Positions 1-12,378 of a DNA stretch of 64,000 bases are shown here, in pieces (within the stretch, counting starts at the first letter, position 1; every line of letters begins with the position of its first letter). Source of the DNA: the human T2T-CHM13v2.0 reference genome, Homo sapiens; the NCBI RefSeq assembly GCF_009914755.1, contig NC_060942.1; one strand, 5' to 3'. Under the pieces are notes generated by a model that made no database searches, had not been told where the DNA came from, and saw nothing but the letters and a program-made list of their open reading frames with translations. A program made the position numbers and the translations under genes.

Positions 1-249
1 TATTTTTCAATTTGAAAGAAACTGTTGGTAGAATAGAGACAGAAAAAGAAAAGTGAAGGGAAATCAGGAATCAAAGATAGAAAAATGCAAAAGATCAGAA
101 AAATGACCGTTTAGACATAAAAGTGTTTATTTTCCTTTATTTCCTGGCCCAATTCAAATTTTACAACTTCTTCTGCATAGCTAAGTACTTAGTGTGTTTA
201 ATTTGTCTTTATTACATATGTTCTTGCAAAACATACATTGCTTTATGTG

Positions 250-760
250 CAATGTATTTTAGTTTATGTAAATAATATTGTTGATATACATCTTTTCTGA
301 CCTACATTTTTCACGAAAATACTGTTCTCAATATTCATCTGAATAACGTGTGCATCTATGTTTCTTTTTCTAATTGCATTCCACATTTTACTGATCCACT
401 GACAGTTTTACACATCCAGGTTCCTCTAGATTCCCTACCGGCACAAGCAGTGCTTCATATAGAGCTGAGTGGCCTGTGGTATGAGTTGGGGATATGCACA
501 CATTTTATGCAAGCCGAGTCATAGGGTCAGTGTGTATTTACTAAGTCCATATACCAGCTTGTATTCCAGTATGGCTGCCTAGCTGACACTTCCAGCAGAG
601 CAGATGCCTCCTAGAGCTGCAAATTCCCATCTACATTTGACTTTTTCTATTTTTCTAACGTTTGCCAGTCATGTCTTATTGTCTTAATTTGCATTTTTCT
701 GGGTATTATTCACTTTGAGTTTTCTTTTATGTGATGGTAAGTTTTGAGGAGTTCCATTTC
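250..760 (-). mobile_element. Old L1 (L1M/L1ME-type) 3' fragment
   Basis: Degenerate antisense L1 3'-end phrases such as 'tttgccagtc...tcttattgtcttaatttgcattttt' and 'cacttccagcagagcag'. Boundaries approximate. Confidence 0.55.
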
Positions 761-1534
761 TCAAAAGGGCATTTGCTGAGTAATTACACTGGAATCTGAT
801 ACCAGCTTCATGCTTACAAAGAAGCTACAGTGGGTATTTTTAAAGGTTGTTTTCCCAGGTTGCTGTACCTCTCTTTTCTATCGGCATTTACATCTGAGAT
901 ATTCTTACATAACCTAGTTTATAAAAGTTCTTTCTCAGAGAGATATAAAGTTGAAAGAAGAGATTGTATGAGCACAGAAAGTGCTTCAGGCGTATCTTCT
1001 CCTGGAAAAAATAATGAAGAATGAAAGAGAATATGTAAGTTAGGGTCCCATTAGAGGTGATAAAAGCCAGGAGAGAATAAAAGTATTTTAACTATGTTGG
1101 GTCATCCCTGGGATGCCTGGCAGCATGAATGCCTTGTGCTATCACAGGAATAGTCAGGATTAAGAATGAAAGTCCAAGGAAAAGCGTATACCCTATCCAT
1201 GGTTACCCCGCTCATATCAACTTCTAAAAGTTCTTCTTCTTTTTTTTTAATCTAACGCTAAGTGAGAAATGACTTTTAGAATGGTTGAAAAGGATGTCAT
1301 AATGCCCTGTGGGGATTATAAATAAATAAAATTGATCTCAGTCTCCTAGACGGAAGCAAAAAAAAGTCTGTTCCATGGCAGTTTTGCAGGCTACTGACCA
1401 AGAAAGAAAATTCATCTACTATGTTGTCAAATTTATTCCTCCCATCCATCAGTTGTCTTAGAGGAATTTTTTTCTGAATACCCATTCATGCACGAAGCAT
1501 TGTCAGTTGTACATCCCCAGCTATTTTAAATTTG

Positions 1535-2150
1535 ACTTCTCTCTATTTATGTCACTGCTGCTCCAGTTCAGGAGTGTCCCTCATCTGAAATAGCTCTTGC
1601 TTTCACTTTCAAAATCTGCCTCCAGTCCTGCCTTCCTCAAATCCATACACCATGAGGTTGAGGCAGCTAGAGTGCAAGCATGTTGCTTTCTCTCAAAACT
1701 TTTCAATGGTTGCCCATTCTCAGCAAATGGCGTAGACACCCTCACATGACATGGTAGACTTTCTGTGACCTCTCCACTTTCTTCCTCTCCCAGACCTCTC
1801 CATGCTAGTGTGACCTAGCTGATTTTAGCTCCGTGGAAACATCAAGCTGTCTGTTGCTCTTGAGTCTTTGCTTACCCTGATCTTTCTGCCTTACTAGTCC
1901 TCTTACCTCCTCTTCACTTCTCTGGATAAATAAATCCTATTTATTTAATCAAACTCAACTTTGGGGTGATCAGCTAGTGATCCTCCTTCTCACCTGGGCT
2001 GAGCTAAATGTCTTTCTATGGTACTTCCAAAACACTCATGAAAATGTCAATTACTGGACTTGCTGGCTTATGGTTACACTTTTCCTTTATCTCTTTCTGA
2101 TGCTATGGTGTAAATGTTCTTCAGCTATGAAAATAGGATTTATTTATCCT
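1535..2150 (+). mobile_element. L2 LINE fragment
   Basis: Pyrimidine-rich L2 3' region motifs ('cctcaaatccatacacca...gcagctagagtg', 'ctcaaaacttttcaatggttgccca', 'tctttgcttaccctgatctttctgcct'). Confidence 0.55.
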
Positions 2151-2989
2151 TATATTGGTAGTAAAAATATTATTTTAAGGACAGGCAGTAGAATTCCTCC
2201 AAGGAAGAGAGTGGTTTTGGATTAATAAAATACCTTGATGGTTGAGAGGGCTTTAAGAAGGGGGAACATCTAATATTCAATTTTACATCTTTAATTGTAC
2301 TGACCAACAATATAATTGCCTTCTATTGTATTAGATCTTCAGTAAAGTATATAGTCACACAGTCTTGAGCTGGTAAATTGGTAAATAAATTTATCAGCTG
2401 CTGTTTAGAGCAGGATAGTATGGAATAAACCATGTGCCCAAGAGTGGCAAAATTCAGAGAAGGCATCAGTAACTCACTGGAAGCAGCAACTGTTTGTTCT
2501 GGAAAAAGATAAACTCTTAAAGATTTTCCAGAAGTATACGGAGCATTCATTAGATTTCCTACTGTAAGTAAGTTGATGTTTGAGCCAATTTTAGTTTGAA
2601 AGATAAGGAAAAGAATGTTAAACTGGAGGATATGGGAAAACTGTATTTTATAATATGGGAAAGTAAAACATTAGATAAAAACTAGTTTATGCATAAAAAG
2701 GAATATAACAAAATAATAGCAGTTGTTACTGGCTGCTCTTTATTTTTTAATACATTTATGTAGTTGACATATTTAATCAAGTGACTAAATATTGCTTTTC
2801 ACCTCAGGGAAAGTTTTTAAGTAAACGATTTAAAAATTTTACCACCATTGATGGTTTGACATTAAAAGATCACATATTAAGTACCAATTGTTAGTGTTTA
2901 CCATCACTATTTTTTTTTTCACTTGGAAAACTGTTTTTGAGTAACCTATATGTTATTGGACAAAGTTTAGGGAGTGTTTACTGCTCTAC

Positions 2990-4500
2990 CTCTTCTGAAT
3001 TCTTCAACTATGCTGAAACCTGACTTTAGGTAAACTAGGAGAAGGATTTCTCTGATGCCATTCACAGCCCTCTTTTTGAAATCTGTCTCCTTCATTTCAA
3101 AGTCCCTGCAGGCTCCTGTGCTGCCATGTTGGGATCTCAGCTTTCCTCCCTGTTGTGTCCATTGGATGGTCCATTACAATGGCTTTGCTTCTATTTGCCT
3201 CTAGTGAAAACTGTTTAATCAGGGTCGTATTCCCTCAGCATTTTACACTCCTGGACACAAGGTTATTTGGACAAAAGAATCCTTGATAACCTGTTGCTCT
3301 TCTTTAGATCATTTTCAGTTGACTCTTTCTCTACCTCACTTTCTCTATCTTGTCTAATAGGCTGTGTTGGTTTTGCCTAAGAAATATCTCTCAAACCTAT
3401 GGCTTCTTCCCCTAAGGATATTGCCATAATTCAGAGACTTGTTATTGTTTCCTTTAGCTCTTCCAGAAACTATCTAGCTGGTCTCCTGTCTTCAAGTGTT
3501 TATCTCCCATTTACATTTTCCAAACAGCCCCTAGAATATTTTTCTGCCATGTAGATGGCATTATGACAGCACTTTCCTTTAAAAAAAACATAACTTTAAT
3601 GATACAATGGAAGGTTTAGAAATATTGCTCTAGAATACAGTCCAAACCTCTCAGCATATAAGGTAAGATGTTTTTTGGTTTGATACCGCTATTCTTCTCC
3701 AGTAGCAACTTTTGCCATTCTCTTTACTCTCTCTTACTCTCTGATGTAGTTGGGAATTTTGTCCCCACTGAAATCTCATGTTGAATTATAATCTCCATTG
3801 TTGGAGGTGGGGCCTGGTGGAGGTGTTTGTGTCATGGGGGTGGATCCCTCAAGGTCTGGTGCTGTCATCACAACAGTGAGTGAGTTCTCGTGAGATCTGG
3901 TCATTTAAACGTATGTGGCACCTCTCCCCCAATTCTTTCTTGCTCCTGCTTTTACGATATGACCTGTCTGCTTCCACTTTCACTTCTGCCATGTGTAAAA
4001 GCTCCCCGAAGTCTCCTCGGAAGCTGATCAGATGTCGGCACCATGCTTGTACAGCCTGCAGAACTGAGAGCCAATTAAACCTCTTTGTAAAATAAATTAC
4101 CAAGCCTCATGTATTTCTTTATAGCATTCTAAGAATGGCCTAATATACTCCCCAATTATTTTGTTTTCCCGAACCACAGCATGTTCTTTCCTTATGCTAT
4201 TCCCTCTGCCAGGAATCACCCATCACTTCATTCACACCATTACTGTTTTGCAAATCTGAGGTTGTCTAGTGTATTCCATGTGAACAGTTCTCTCTCATTC
4301 ACAGCTCTCTCTGCCATGGTAATTCAGCACTTTCCCCTTTATACATTCCAGTAGCTAGAAAACTGCACTACTGCATTGTAGGTATTTACTCATATATCTG
4401 TGTTACCATTATCCCCTGAGGCCATTGAGGATCTATATGTTGTCATCTCTGTAGTTACAGAACCAGCCTATAGTAGTTTCTAAATAAATAGTAGGGAAAT
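2990..4500 (+). mobile_element. L2 LINE fragment, interrupted by the MSTB LTR
   Basis: L2-like phrases on both sides of 3742-4147 ('ctagctggtctcctgtcttc', 'ttccaaacagcccctagaata', 'atgctattccctctgccaggaat'). Confidence 0.5.
3742..4147 (+). mobile_element. MSTB-like solo LTR (ERVL-MaLR)
   Basis: Starts TGATGTAGTTGG..., contains 'gttggaggtggggcctggtgg' and 'ggatccctca', ends 'gaatggcctaatata'. 5-bp TSD ctctc (3737-3741) / ctccc (4148-4152). Confidence 0.9.
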
Positions 4501-4688
4501 GAGAAAATACAATATAAAAATTGACTTAAAGCTCAGAGTTGTTTAGAAAGATACTTCTCAGGGTAATCTCATGTGGCAATACTGTTCTTTTTGCTAATAT
4601 TTAGGAATTTGATAAGGTTTTCTCATTCTATTAACATATTCAGTTGTTCCCTCTCATGCTCAGATATCTAAGTTTTCCCTGAGCATTT

Positions 4689-4901
4689 GGAGAGTTAGCA
4701 AACTTTTTAGGTAAAGTACCCAACAAGAATTATTTTAGGCTTTGTAGGCTATCCTAACTACTCACCTCTGCTGTGGTAGCTCAGAAACATCAAGAGATAT
4801 CATATAAATGACTGGACAAGATTCTGTTTCCATGGCACTTTACTTACAAAAACTAGCAGTAGGCCAGGTTTGTACTGTAGGCTGTAACTTTCTGATCTGT
4901 G
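4689..4901 (-). mobile_element. MER58A (hAT-Charlie MITE)
   Basis: Reverse complement of MER58A ('gcaaacttttt...tattttaggctttgtaggc...actactcacctctgctgtggtagc'). Followed by gtctaga, a Charlie-type target site. Confidence 0.8.
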
Positions 4902-5991
4902 GTCTAGATTTAGGGTTTAGGTTTACACATCTAAACCTTTGGTTCAGAATATGGTAGGTTTAGGTTAATTCATGTGCCAAACAGTGAGGTGGTGCCGCGC
5001 TTTGCTAGTCCAGGATTTAGGGATGAACAATACATATGTGCAGTCAAATTCATGATAGAAATCTTAGGAGCTATTACAATGGTTAATCTTATTGGTGTTC
5101 AGATGACAAACATCTTGGTAAAGTTTCTATGATAGTCACAAATCAGAGGTGGTCCGCTGAAAACGTCTATATTGTATTGTTACTTTTGAAGCAAATCCAT
5201 TGTCTCTAGCAAGAAATACTCTGCCTCTCAGAAACCACACTTGTGTCTTTCAGCGGTGTGGAACTGAGTATGTACTAGATTCCTAAATACTTTGTGAGTT
5301 TTCACTTGGAGAAGTGGATTACTGCTAGATGTCTCCCCAGGCAGGACAGCATCTCTGGCAAGGAGACAGCTTGTTAAAGAATGTAAGGACCAAGTTGGAG
5401 ATGCACAAGAAGCAGTATTATTCATTTATGCTTCTCAGAAACAAATTTAATCTCAAGTAGAATGTATCCAAAAATTCTAGTAGCATTTTCCTTAATGCAT
5501 TTATGTGGAGGTAAAGCAGTAATTGTAAAACCCAACATAGGATTGTTCAGATTTCTATTTCTTGAGCTGATAATTTCTTTGCTCCTCTTGGTTATTTGTG
5601 TCCAGTGTTCATTGTCCTCTCTTATCCCTGAGGAAATTGTGTAATGATTATAAAGTGCTCTCCATAGGCATTACCTTTGCTGTCATTTTGCTTCATGATT
5701 TCTCCTGCCATGATGAGTGAGCACCTTTCCAAGCGGCACCTGTCAAAAAACAACTGTTCTTGAAGATTGCTATGTGACATCCTCAAGAACATACAAGCTG
5801 AAGAAAAGCTGTCCTTTTATCTGAAAGGACAAATTCAAGGTAGGCCACAACATTTTATGAGATGTAAGCAAGTATGTGAATGAGAAACACTTGTATTTTA
5901 TAAACTGTATTCCTTTTATTATGTTGTTATACTTTGGCACCCTTTCTACATACCTATGTTAAATTAATCCCATAATCTATAATAGTCCCAT

Positions 5992-6352
5992 TGATATGGT
6001 TTGGCTGAGTCCCCACCCAAATCTCATCTTGAATTGTAGCTCTCATAATTCCCATGTGTCACAGGAGGGACCCAGTAGAAAGTAACTGAATCATGGAGGC
6101 GGGTCTTTCCCATGCTGTTCTCGTGATAGTGAATAGGTCTCGAGATCTGATGGTTTTATAATTGGGAGTTCCCCTACACAAGCTGTCTTGCCTGCTGCCC
6201 TGTAAGATGTGACTTTGCTCCTTATTCGCCTTCCCCCATGATTTCAAGGCTTCCCCAACCATGTGGAAGTGTGAGCCCATTAAACTTCTTGCCTTTATAA
6301 ATTACCTAGTCTCAGGTATGTCTTTATAGCAGCTGGAGAACAGACTAATACA
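5992..6352 (+). mobile_element. THE1B solo LTR (ERVL-MaLR)
   Basis: TGATATGGTTTGGCTG...CAGACTAATACA, ~360 bp. TSD cccat/ctcat. Confidence 0.92.
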
Positions 6353-6697
6353 CTCATGTAGTCCCTAACATTGTGAATAATTGATAAAAGACTCGGCTGA
6401 AATTATCTTAAGACTGCCACTTATTTCCTAGTGAATGCTCATCTTTATAAAGAAATAAAAGGAACTCAGTAAGGGCAGAATGTCAATAGCACAGTCAGAT
6501 TACTTACTGTGGGCAAACTTCCCTAGTAGGTAAGATCAACTTTGGCAGTTATCTAATCTGAGGAAGTAAAATTATATTCTGGAAATTTATCATATTAGTG
6601 GTTCTATTTCAATGCTATAATTTCAGCATGCAACTTTTCCTGTAGAGAATTAGTGGCCTTAAATAATCAAAAGGAATGTTATTGAATTTTCACAAGA

Positions 6698-7643
6698 ATC
6701 CCCGACAAAGGTCTAATATCCAGATCTACAAGGAACTTAAACAAATTTACAAGAAAATAAAAGCACATTAAACAGTGGGCAAAGGACATGAACAGACACT
6801 TCTCAAAAGAAGATATTTATGTGGCCAAAAAACATGAAAAAAAAAAAACCCTCAACATCACTGATCATTAGAAGAGTGCAAATCAAAACCACAATGAGAT
6901 ACCATCTCATGCCAGTCAGAATGGCGATTATTAAAAAGTCAAGAAATAACAGATGCTGGCGAATCTGTTTAGAAATAGGAATGCTTTTATACTATTGGTG
7001 AGAATGTAAATCAGTTCAATCATAGTGGGAGACAGTGTGGCAATTCCTCAAAGACCTAGAACCAGAAATACCCATTAAAACCAACAATCCCATTACTGGG
7101 TATATACCCAAAGGAATATAAATCATTCTATTGTAAAGATATGTGCACACGTATGTTCATTGCAGCACTATTCACAATAGCAAAGACATGAAATCAACCC
7201 AAATGCCCATCAATGACAGACTGGATAAAGAAAATGGTACATATACACCATGGAATACTATGCAGCCATAAAAAGGAACAAGATCATGTCCTTTGCAAGG
7301 ACATGGGTGGAGCTGGAAGTGATTATCCTCAGCAAACTAATGCAGGAACAGAAAACCAAACACCACATATTCTCATTCATAAGTGGGAGCTGAACAATAA
7401 CACATGGTCACAGGGAGGGGAACAACACACTGGGGCCTGTTGAGGCGGGGGGTCAAGGGAGAGCATCAGGATAAATAGCTAATGTGTGCAGGACTTAATA
7501 CCTCAGTGATGGGTTAATAGGTGCAGCAAACCACCATGGCACACATTTATCTAAGTAACAAACCTGCACGTCTTGCACGTGTATCCCCGAACTTAAAATT
7601 AAATTAAATTAAATTAAAACATAAAAAATAAAAAAATAAAAAT
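6698..7643 (+). mobile_element. 5'-truncated L1PA (L1PA13-15-like): ORF2 end, 3'UTR and A-rich tail
   Basis: ORF 6819-7001 translates as the ORF2 C-terminus ([26 protein letters not shown]). 3'UTR 'gagagcatcaggataaatagctaatg'. (TTAAA)n/A-rich tail. Confidence 0.92.
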
Positions 7644-7929
7644 AGCAACCCAGTTTCAGTCCGTATTTTATGTGTTTGAATATATATATAATCAAGGTAT
7701 AACATCTTACTTAAATTAACCATTGCTTAATCTTGACAATAGCAGTGCCAATAATATAACAGTTTATTTAGTTTTGACTTTGTAAAATCAGATTTTTTTT
7801 TGTTTTCTACCGTGTGTGTGTTCAGTTGCGCACACATACATAATGAAAGTTCATATATTATATTTTTAAAGTAGTTTAGAAATAAATTTTCCTAACAAGG
7901 CTTGAGAGTAGAGTGTAGTAAACCATGTG

Positions 7930-8065
7930 TCAGGTTTACAAATCATGGAACTGAAGCAAGAGAAATTCAAGTGACTTCCCTAAGTCCACATAAGTAATTT
8001 GTGTCTGTCTAAGGACCAGAAACCAGTGCTATCGACTTCTAACCCAGTGCTTAATAATCTACTTT
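7930..8065 (-). mobile_element. MIR fragment
   Basis: MIR core antisense: 'tttacaaatcatggaactgaagc...aagtgacttccctaagtccaca'. Confidence 0.55.
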
Positions 8066-9419
8066 CCTTCAGTCAGGAATAGAATTTGGAATTGCCAACA
8101 CTATTTGTGAGTAACAGTCATAAGTCATACATAATGTTTTATTTCCACTAATAGAAAAAGAAAATAGAAAAAAAGTTCGTGGAAATTTGAAAGTATCCCT
8201 GGTTGCTGTGCTGTCATCATCCCTTCTCAGGCATAATTTTACTCTGGCGGGTTGTGTCTTTAGTGTCTGAGGCTTCTGGGGCATTGACTGAGTCCTTTCT
8301 GTCTCTGACTTGTACCACTTCAAGGACAACAGGCGTGTCAATTTTTAGTGCTTTGGTATCAAAGCCATCTAGAAGATCAGCAATTAAGAAAAATTTTTCT
8401 GGGTATGACAAAAATGACTGACTTTCCAACATTTCTATTCAAATTACAAAGATTTGTTACTATTTTACTCATACAGTTGTTAAAAGACAATGAGAGGAGG
8501 GCAGGTGGTGAATATGCATGTATTCAAAAGATATTAGAAAAGGAAAACTGGTAGAATTCACATGATAAGATTTATTATCCTTTGTTTTGAAAAATAAGAT
8601 GCTATATTTCATTTCTTTTTAATGTTTTCCCAGCTGTACAATAAAACCCTTTATCAAAATTATATTATTAAAAAATAAAATAATCATAATGTTTATCTAA
8701 TCGTAAGTGAAAACTAAAATATAGAGGGTTCTAGAACACAACAAATTACCAAATAAATCAGTAATGAATCTGAGAAAAAAAACTTAAGTATTTCTGACCT
8801 CTAATTCACTCTCACTCACAAGAAAAATATTATTTCCTGAAATATTAATGAAGAATGTTCACTGGGGCTTAAGCATAAAGTTAACAAAGCAATTAAGACT
8901 CAGAAATTTGCAGGCAGGTATAGAAAAATCAGTTTTGCCTGGAAAACCCCTCATGAAATAAACCAATCAGGAGGGGAAAGGATGCCCCAGCTTGGAAGCC
9001 TGATAGTATAGAGAGAGATGGCATTGCATTACTCAGAACTTTAGAAGGTTTTCTCATTGAAGGAAAATGATGACCATTTGGGTGAGATTCTGTTGCCTGA
9101 TGAAGACGTTGGATTCCGTGATTGATTCCCCTGAAAAGCAAAACAAAACCACTTTGGTCCCGACAGTCTGGAGCCTTTAGTTTTTTAACATTTCTTCTCA
9201 CTATTACTCAGCTGAGGAGTCTGCATCAGTCTGGGCGTGTTGTATTTCTTTTTGCAACCAAGTTCCCAGTCATTAACAAAAAAGAACTAAGGGTGTTGCA
9301 TTTAGATGGCAAAGCCATCTAATGCTTCCAGTTACAGTCATGTACTGCATAAGGCTGTTTCAGTTAAGATGAAACATAAATACAACAGCGGTCTCATAAG
9401 ATTATAAACTGTACTTTAA

Positions 9420-10413
9420 TGATACAGACAGGAGGCAAGAAAATACGGGGTAGAAGAGGGTGGGGTCCCTGGCGAGGGCTCCACCCTCAAGCCTGGACCC
9501 GCAGCCCTAAATGAGAACATGCATTTCTATTTTCCCACCTAAATGGTTGCCTTTTCCAACACCACCCTGGCCCTCCACACTCCCATCTTGTACCTATAGA
9601 AAACCTGACATGCATTCCTGTTTTCCCACCTAAATGTTGCCTTTTCCAACATTACCCTGGCCCTCCACACTCCCATCTTGTACCTATAGAAAACCTGACA
9701 TGCATTCCTGTTTTCCCACCTAAATGTTGCCTTTTCCAACATTACCCTGGCCCTCCACACCCCCCACCTTGTACCCATAAAAAAACCTAAGCTCCATTGA
9801 CAGAAGAGCAGGGCAGCATAGCAGAGAAGGAGAGAATAAAAGAAGCATCTGAATGTTGAGAGGAAAAGAGTCAGCTGGACATCAAACTGTGGTCAGACAG
9901 GAGTTTGGCCAGGGACAGTAGGAGAGGTCCCACTGTCCCACTCCATCCTCTTTCCAGCTCCCCATCCTATTGAGAGCCACTTCCATCACTCAGTAAAATC
10001 CTCTGCATACACCACCCTTCAATGCATTCATGTAACCTGATTCTTCCTAGACGCTGGACAAGAATTCGGGATGCACTGGTGTGGGAACCCTAAAAGGCTG
10101 TCACAGTCACTCTTCACTGAGCTGTTTAACACTTAAGCCTTCCATGGACAGCAAAGCTAAAAGAGCATTGTTTGTAACACATGCCCTCTGGGGCTCCAGA
10201 GGTCATGGGCAACCCCTAGATGCTGCTGGGGCAGTAGATGATGCTGGGGTGTTACAGGGTTCTTTCTTGCCAGCGCCCAAAAGCACTTGCCCTGGCTCGT
10301 GCACCCGCTCACTTTCATGCTACCCCTCTCGCAAGGAGTAGGAGCATAAGAAAATGAGCCATACCCCTGTGGCAAGTCCCGAGAAGGGGTCAAGGGAGAA
10401 CTCTCCTGTCTCA
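9420..10413 (+). mobile_element. MER50-like ERV1 solo LTR
   Basis: TG...CA termini: 'TGATACAGACAGGAGGCAAGAAAATAC..GGTAGAAGAGGG' to 'GAACTCTCCTGTCTCA'. Inserted inside Tigger3a. Confidence 0.8.
9517..9788 (+). repeat. 90-bp tandem repeat, 3 copies, inside the LTR
   Basis: Units start at 9517, 9608 and 9698 (acatgcatt...aaaacct). Confidence 0.97.
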
Positions 10414-12316
10414 CTTTGTAAATGTTTAGATACTCACATATTTTCCACTGTATTACAATTGCCTACAGTATTCAGTGCGGTAAGGTAACATGCGGAACAG
10501 GTTTGTAGCCTAGGAGCAATAGGCTATACCATAGACCCTAGGTGGTTAGTGGGCTAATACCATCTAGGTTTGTGTAAGTATACTCTATGAAGTTTCCACA
10601 AACATTAAATCACCTTACAATGCATTTCTCAGAGTGTATCCTTGCCATTAAGAGATGCATGGTTGTACTCAGAACATTTGTTCACTTATTCTACTCTGTA
10701 GCAAAAAGAAAACACCAATGGAGAAAAGAAGAGATGCAAAGAGCCATGATTCAAGTCTGTGATCCAACCCTGTTGCCCTTTCCAGCTCCTGAGGTTGAAC
10801 TGATTTTTAATCAATATTGTTGCAGTTGGGTTACCTTCTCCAGTATAACTGAGAATCTCTGACAATCCATAAAAAGAACTGAATTTGCATGAGAACTACT
10901 TGGTCATTTTTAGCTGCTTCTCTTCTTAGTGGTATCTGAGATAACCTGTCCTCTTTTATTTGTGTGCTGGGGCAGCTCAAAGTTGAGACAAATCTCTGTT
11001 CTAGCTGCCTCATTGCCAGGGATGCATTCCCAGCACTTTGGGCCTATTACTGAAGAAAAAGATCCTGCTTTTTTTTTTTCTTTTTTCTGTTCAAAGTCTC
11101 ACAGATGCCCTTGGATATACTTCAGATAAACATGAATCAAATCTAAGGAACTTTTGAAGTTTGCTCGTTAGTCCACTCAAAGAAAAAAGGCAATTTCCAT
11201 ATTAAATTGGGTATCATTTTGCAGCCATGCTATACTGAAAACTTTGTGTCTAGCAAATTTCAAGCTGTCAATCTTTGTGAGTGACTCCTTAAGAAGGGCT
11301 TACAAGTTGTGCCCCCAAAATGGGTGGAGTACTGGACTTCCCCCCGCGTAATGAAAGCCCATTGTAGGAGACCATTCATAAGATAATTTAAAAGCCTTTT
11401 AAGCTGCAGCACCTCTGCCACTAATTGCTAGGCAAGACATTACCATCAGAGGCCCAGATTGCTCTTTAAAAAGTTTTGCGAGGAAATAAAGCCTTGTCAT
11501 CGAAAGCTTTTTCAAATGTGCTCTTCTTCCTTATGCTAGAAGCAGTAGTCAGCCTGGACTTTGCATGTAATGAGACTGTGAATGGTTGATGAGTGTCTGC
11601 TACTAGAGGAAGAAACAATGAATGAGGGGTGAAGTGAATGGGGGCTTTCTTGTCATTGTGTGTAGCTTGCATTAAAGCAAAAAAGAGGATTTCTGGATTT
11701 GCACTAAGACTAGAAGCCAGAGGTCTGCTTTTTTTTTCCTTCCTTGCTCCCTTTACTCAAAACAACTGGGAATAGAAGAGAAGACAGACAGACATAATTT
11801 CTTCAGGAAAATACAATAAATAACTCTATTAAAAAGGAGCCCTTAATAATAGGGAAAATAACCTTCTTTTTAATGTATTCTAGAATAATCATTTGAGTGT
11901 TATAACATTATGAATCTGTATAAAGAAATATCTTTATGGTACTGTTTTTGTTTTAATTTTTTTTGAATTGAGTTTTCAAATAACAGCTAAAGGATTGGGG
12001 TACCGGATTCTTTATTACACCAAATTACATCATCCCTTTTTTTTATTGCTATCATTTATTTCATGATAATTGCCTTTCATTAAGACAAACTCTTCCTGTT
12101 AATAAACATTATTTCCCAGAATACTCAAAGTTTTACTCTTTGGTCTGGCACTGACTATTTTTTGTTCTTTGGTTTGAACCAATATAGAAAACGGAAAGGT
12201 GGCCCATCACAGGGCAAGAAAGTAATGATGTTTCTAAATATGTCTTATTCTAAGTCAGATATAGACACTCTTGGCTATGCTGTTCAAAGTGGCAATTAGT
12301 ATTTGATATATTCTTA

Positions 12317-12378
12317 ATGATCTGCTAATTCTTGTAAAGTTTCTATTTTATGATCCACTAATTCTTGTAAAATTTCTA
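12317..12378. repeat. 33-bp tandem duplication
   Basis: atgatctgctaattcttgtaaagtttcta (12317) and atgatccactaattcttgtaaaatttcta (12350). Confidence 0.85.

Larger units (their letters stand above)
9335..10665 (+). mobile_element. Tigger3a (TcMar-Tigger MITE), split by an LTR at 9420-10413
   Basis: Left end TA|CAGTCATGTACTGCATAA. Right part 'gtttgtagcctaggagcaataggctatacca...taagagatgcatggttg'|TA. TA target duplication at both ends. Confidence 0.88.

Noticed and set aside
4905-4925. Telomere-like tttagggtttagg
   Set aside because: Fewer than two full units, as expected by chance.
8069-8554. Four overlapping ORFs in unique DNA
   Set aside because: All are short, resemble no protein I recognise and have no consistent splice frame, which fits chance.
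9539-9778. 79-aa ORF with a repeated 30-aa unit
   Set aside because: It is a translation of the 90-bp tandem repeat (period divisible by 3) on the antisense strand of an LTR. There is no evidence of coding function.
9517-9788. CRISPR-like periodicity
   Set aside because: The units are head-to-tail with no unique spacers.
10138-10158. REST/RE1 half site (ccatggacag)
   Set aside because: The left half TTCAGCAC is absent and it lies within LTR-derived sequence.
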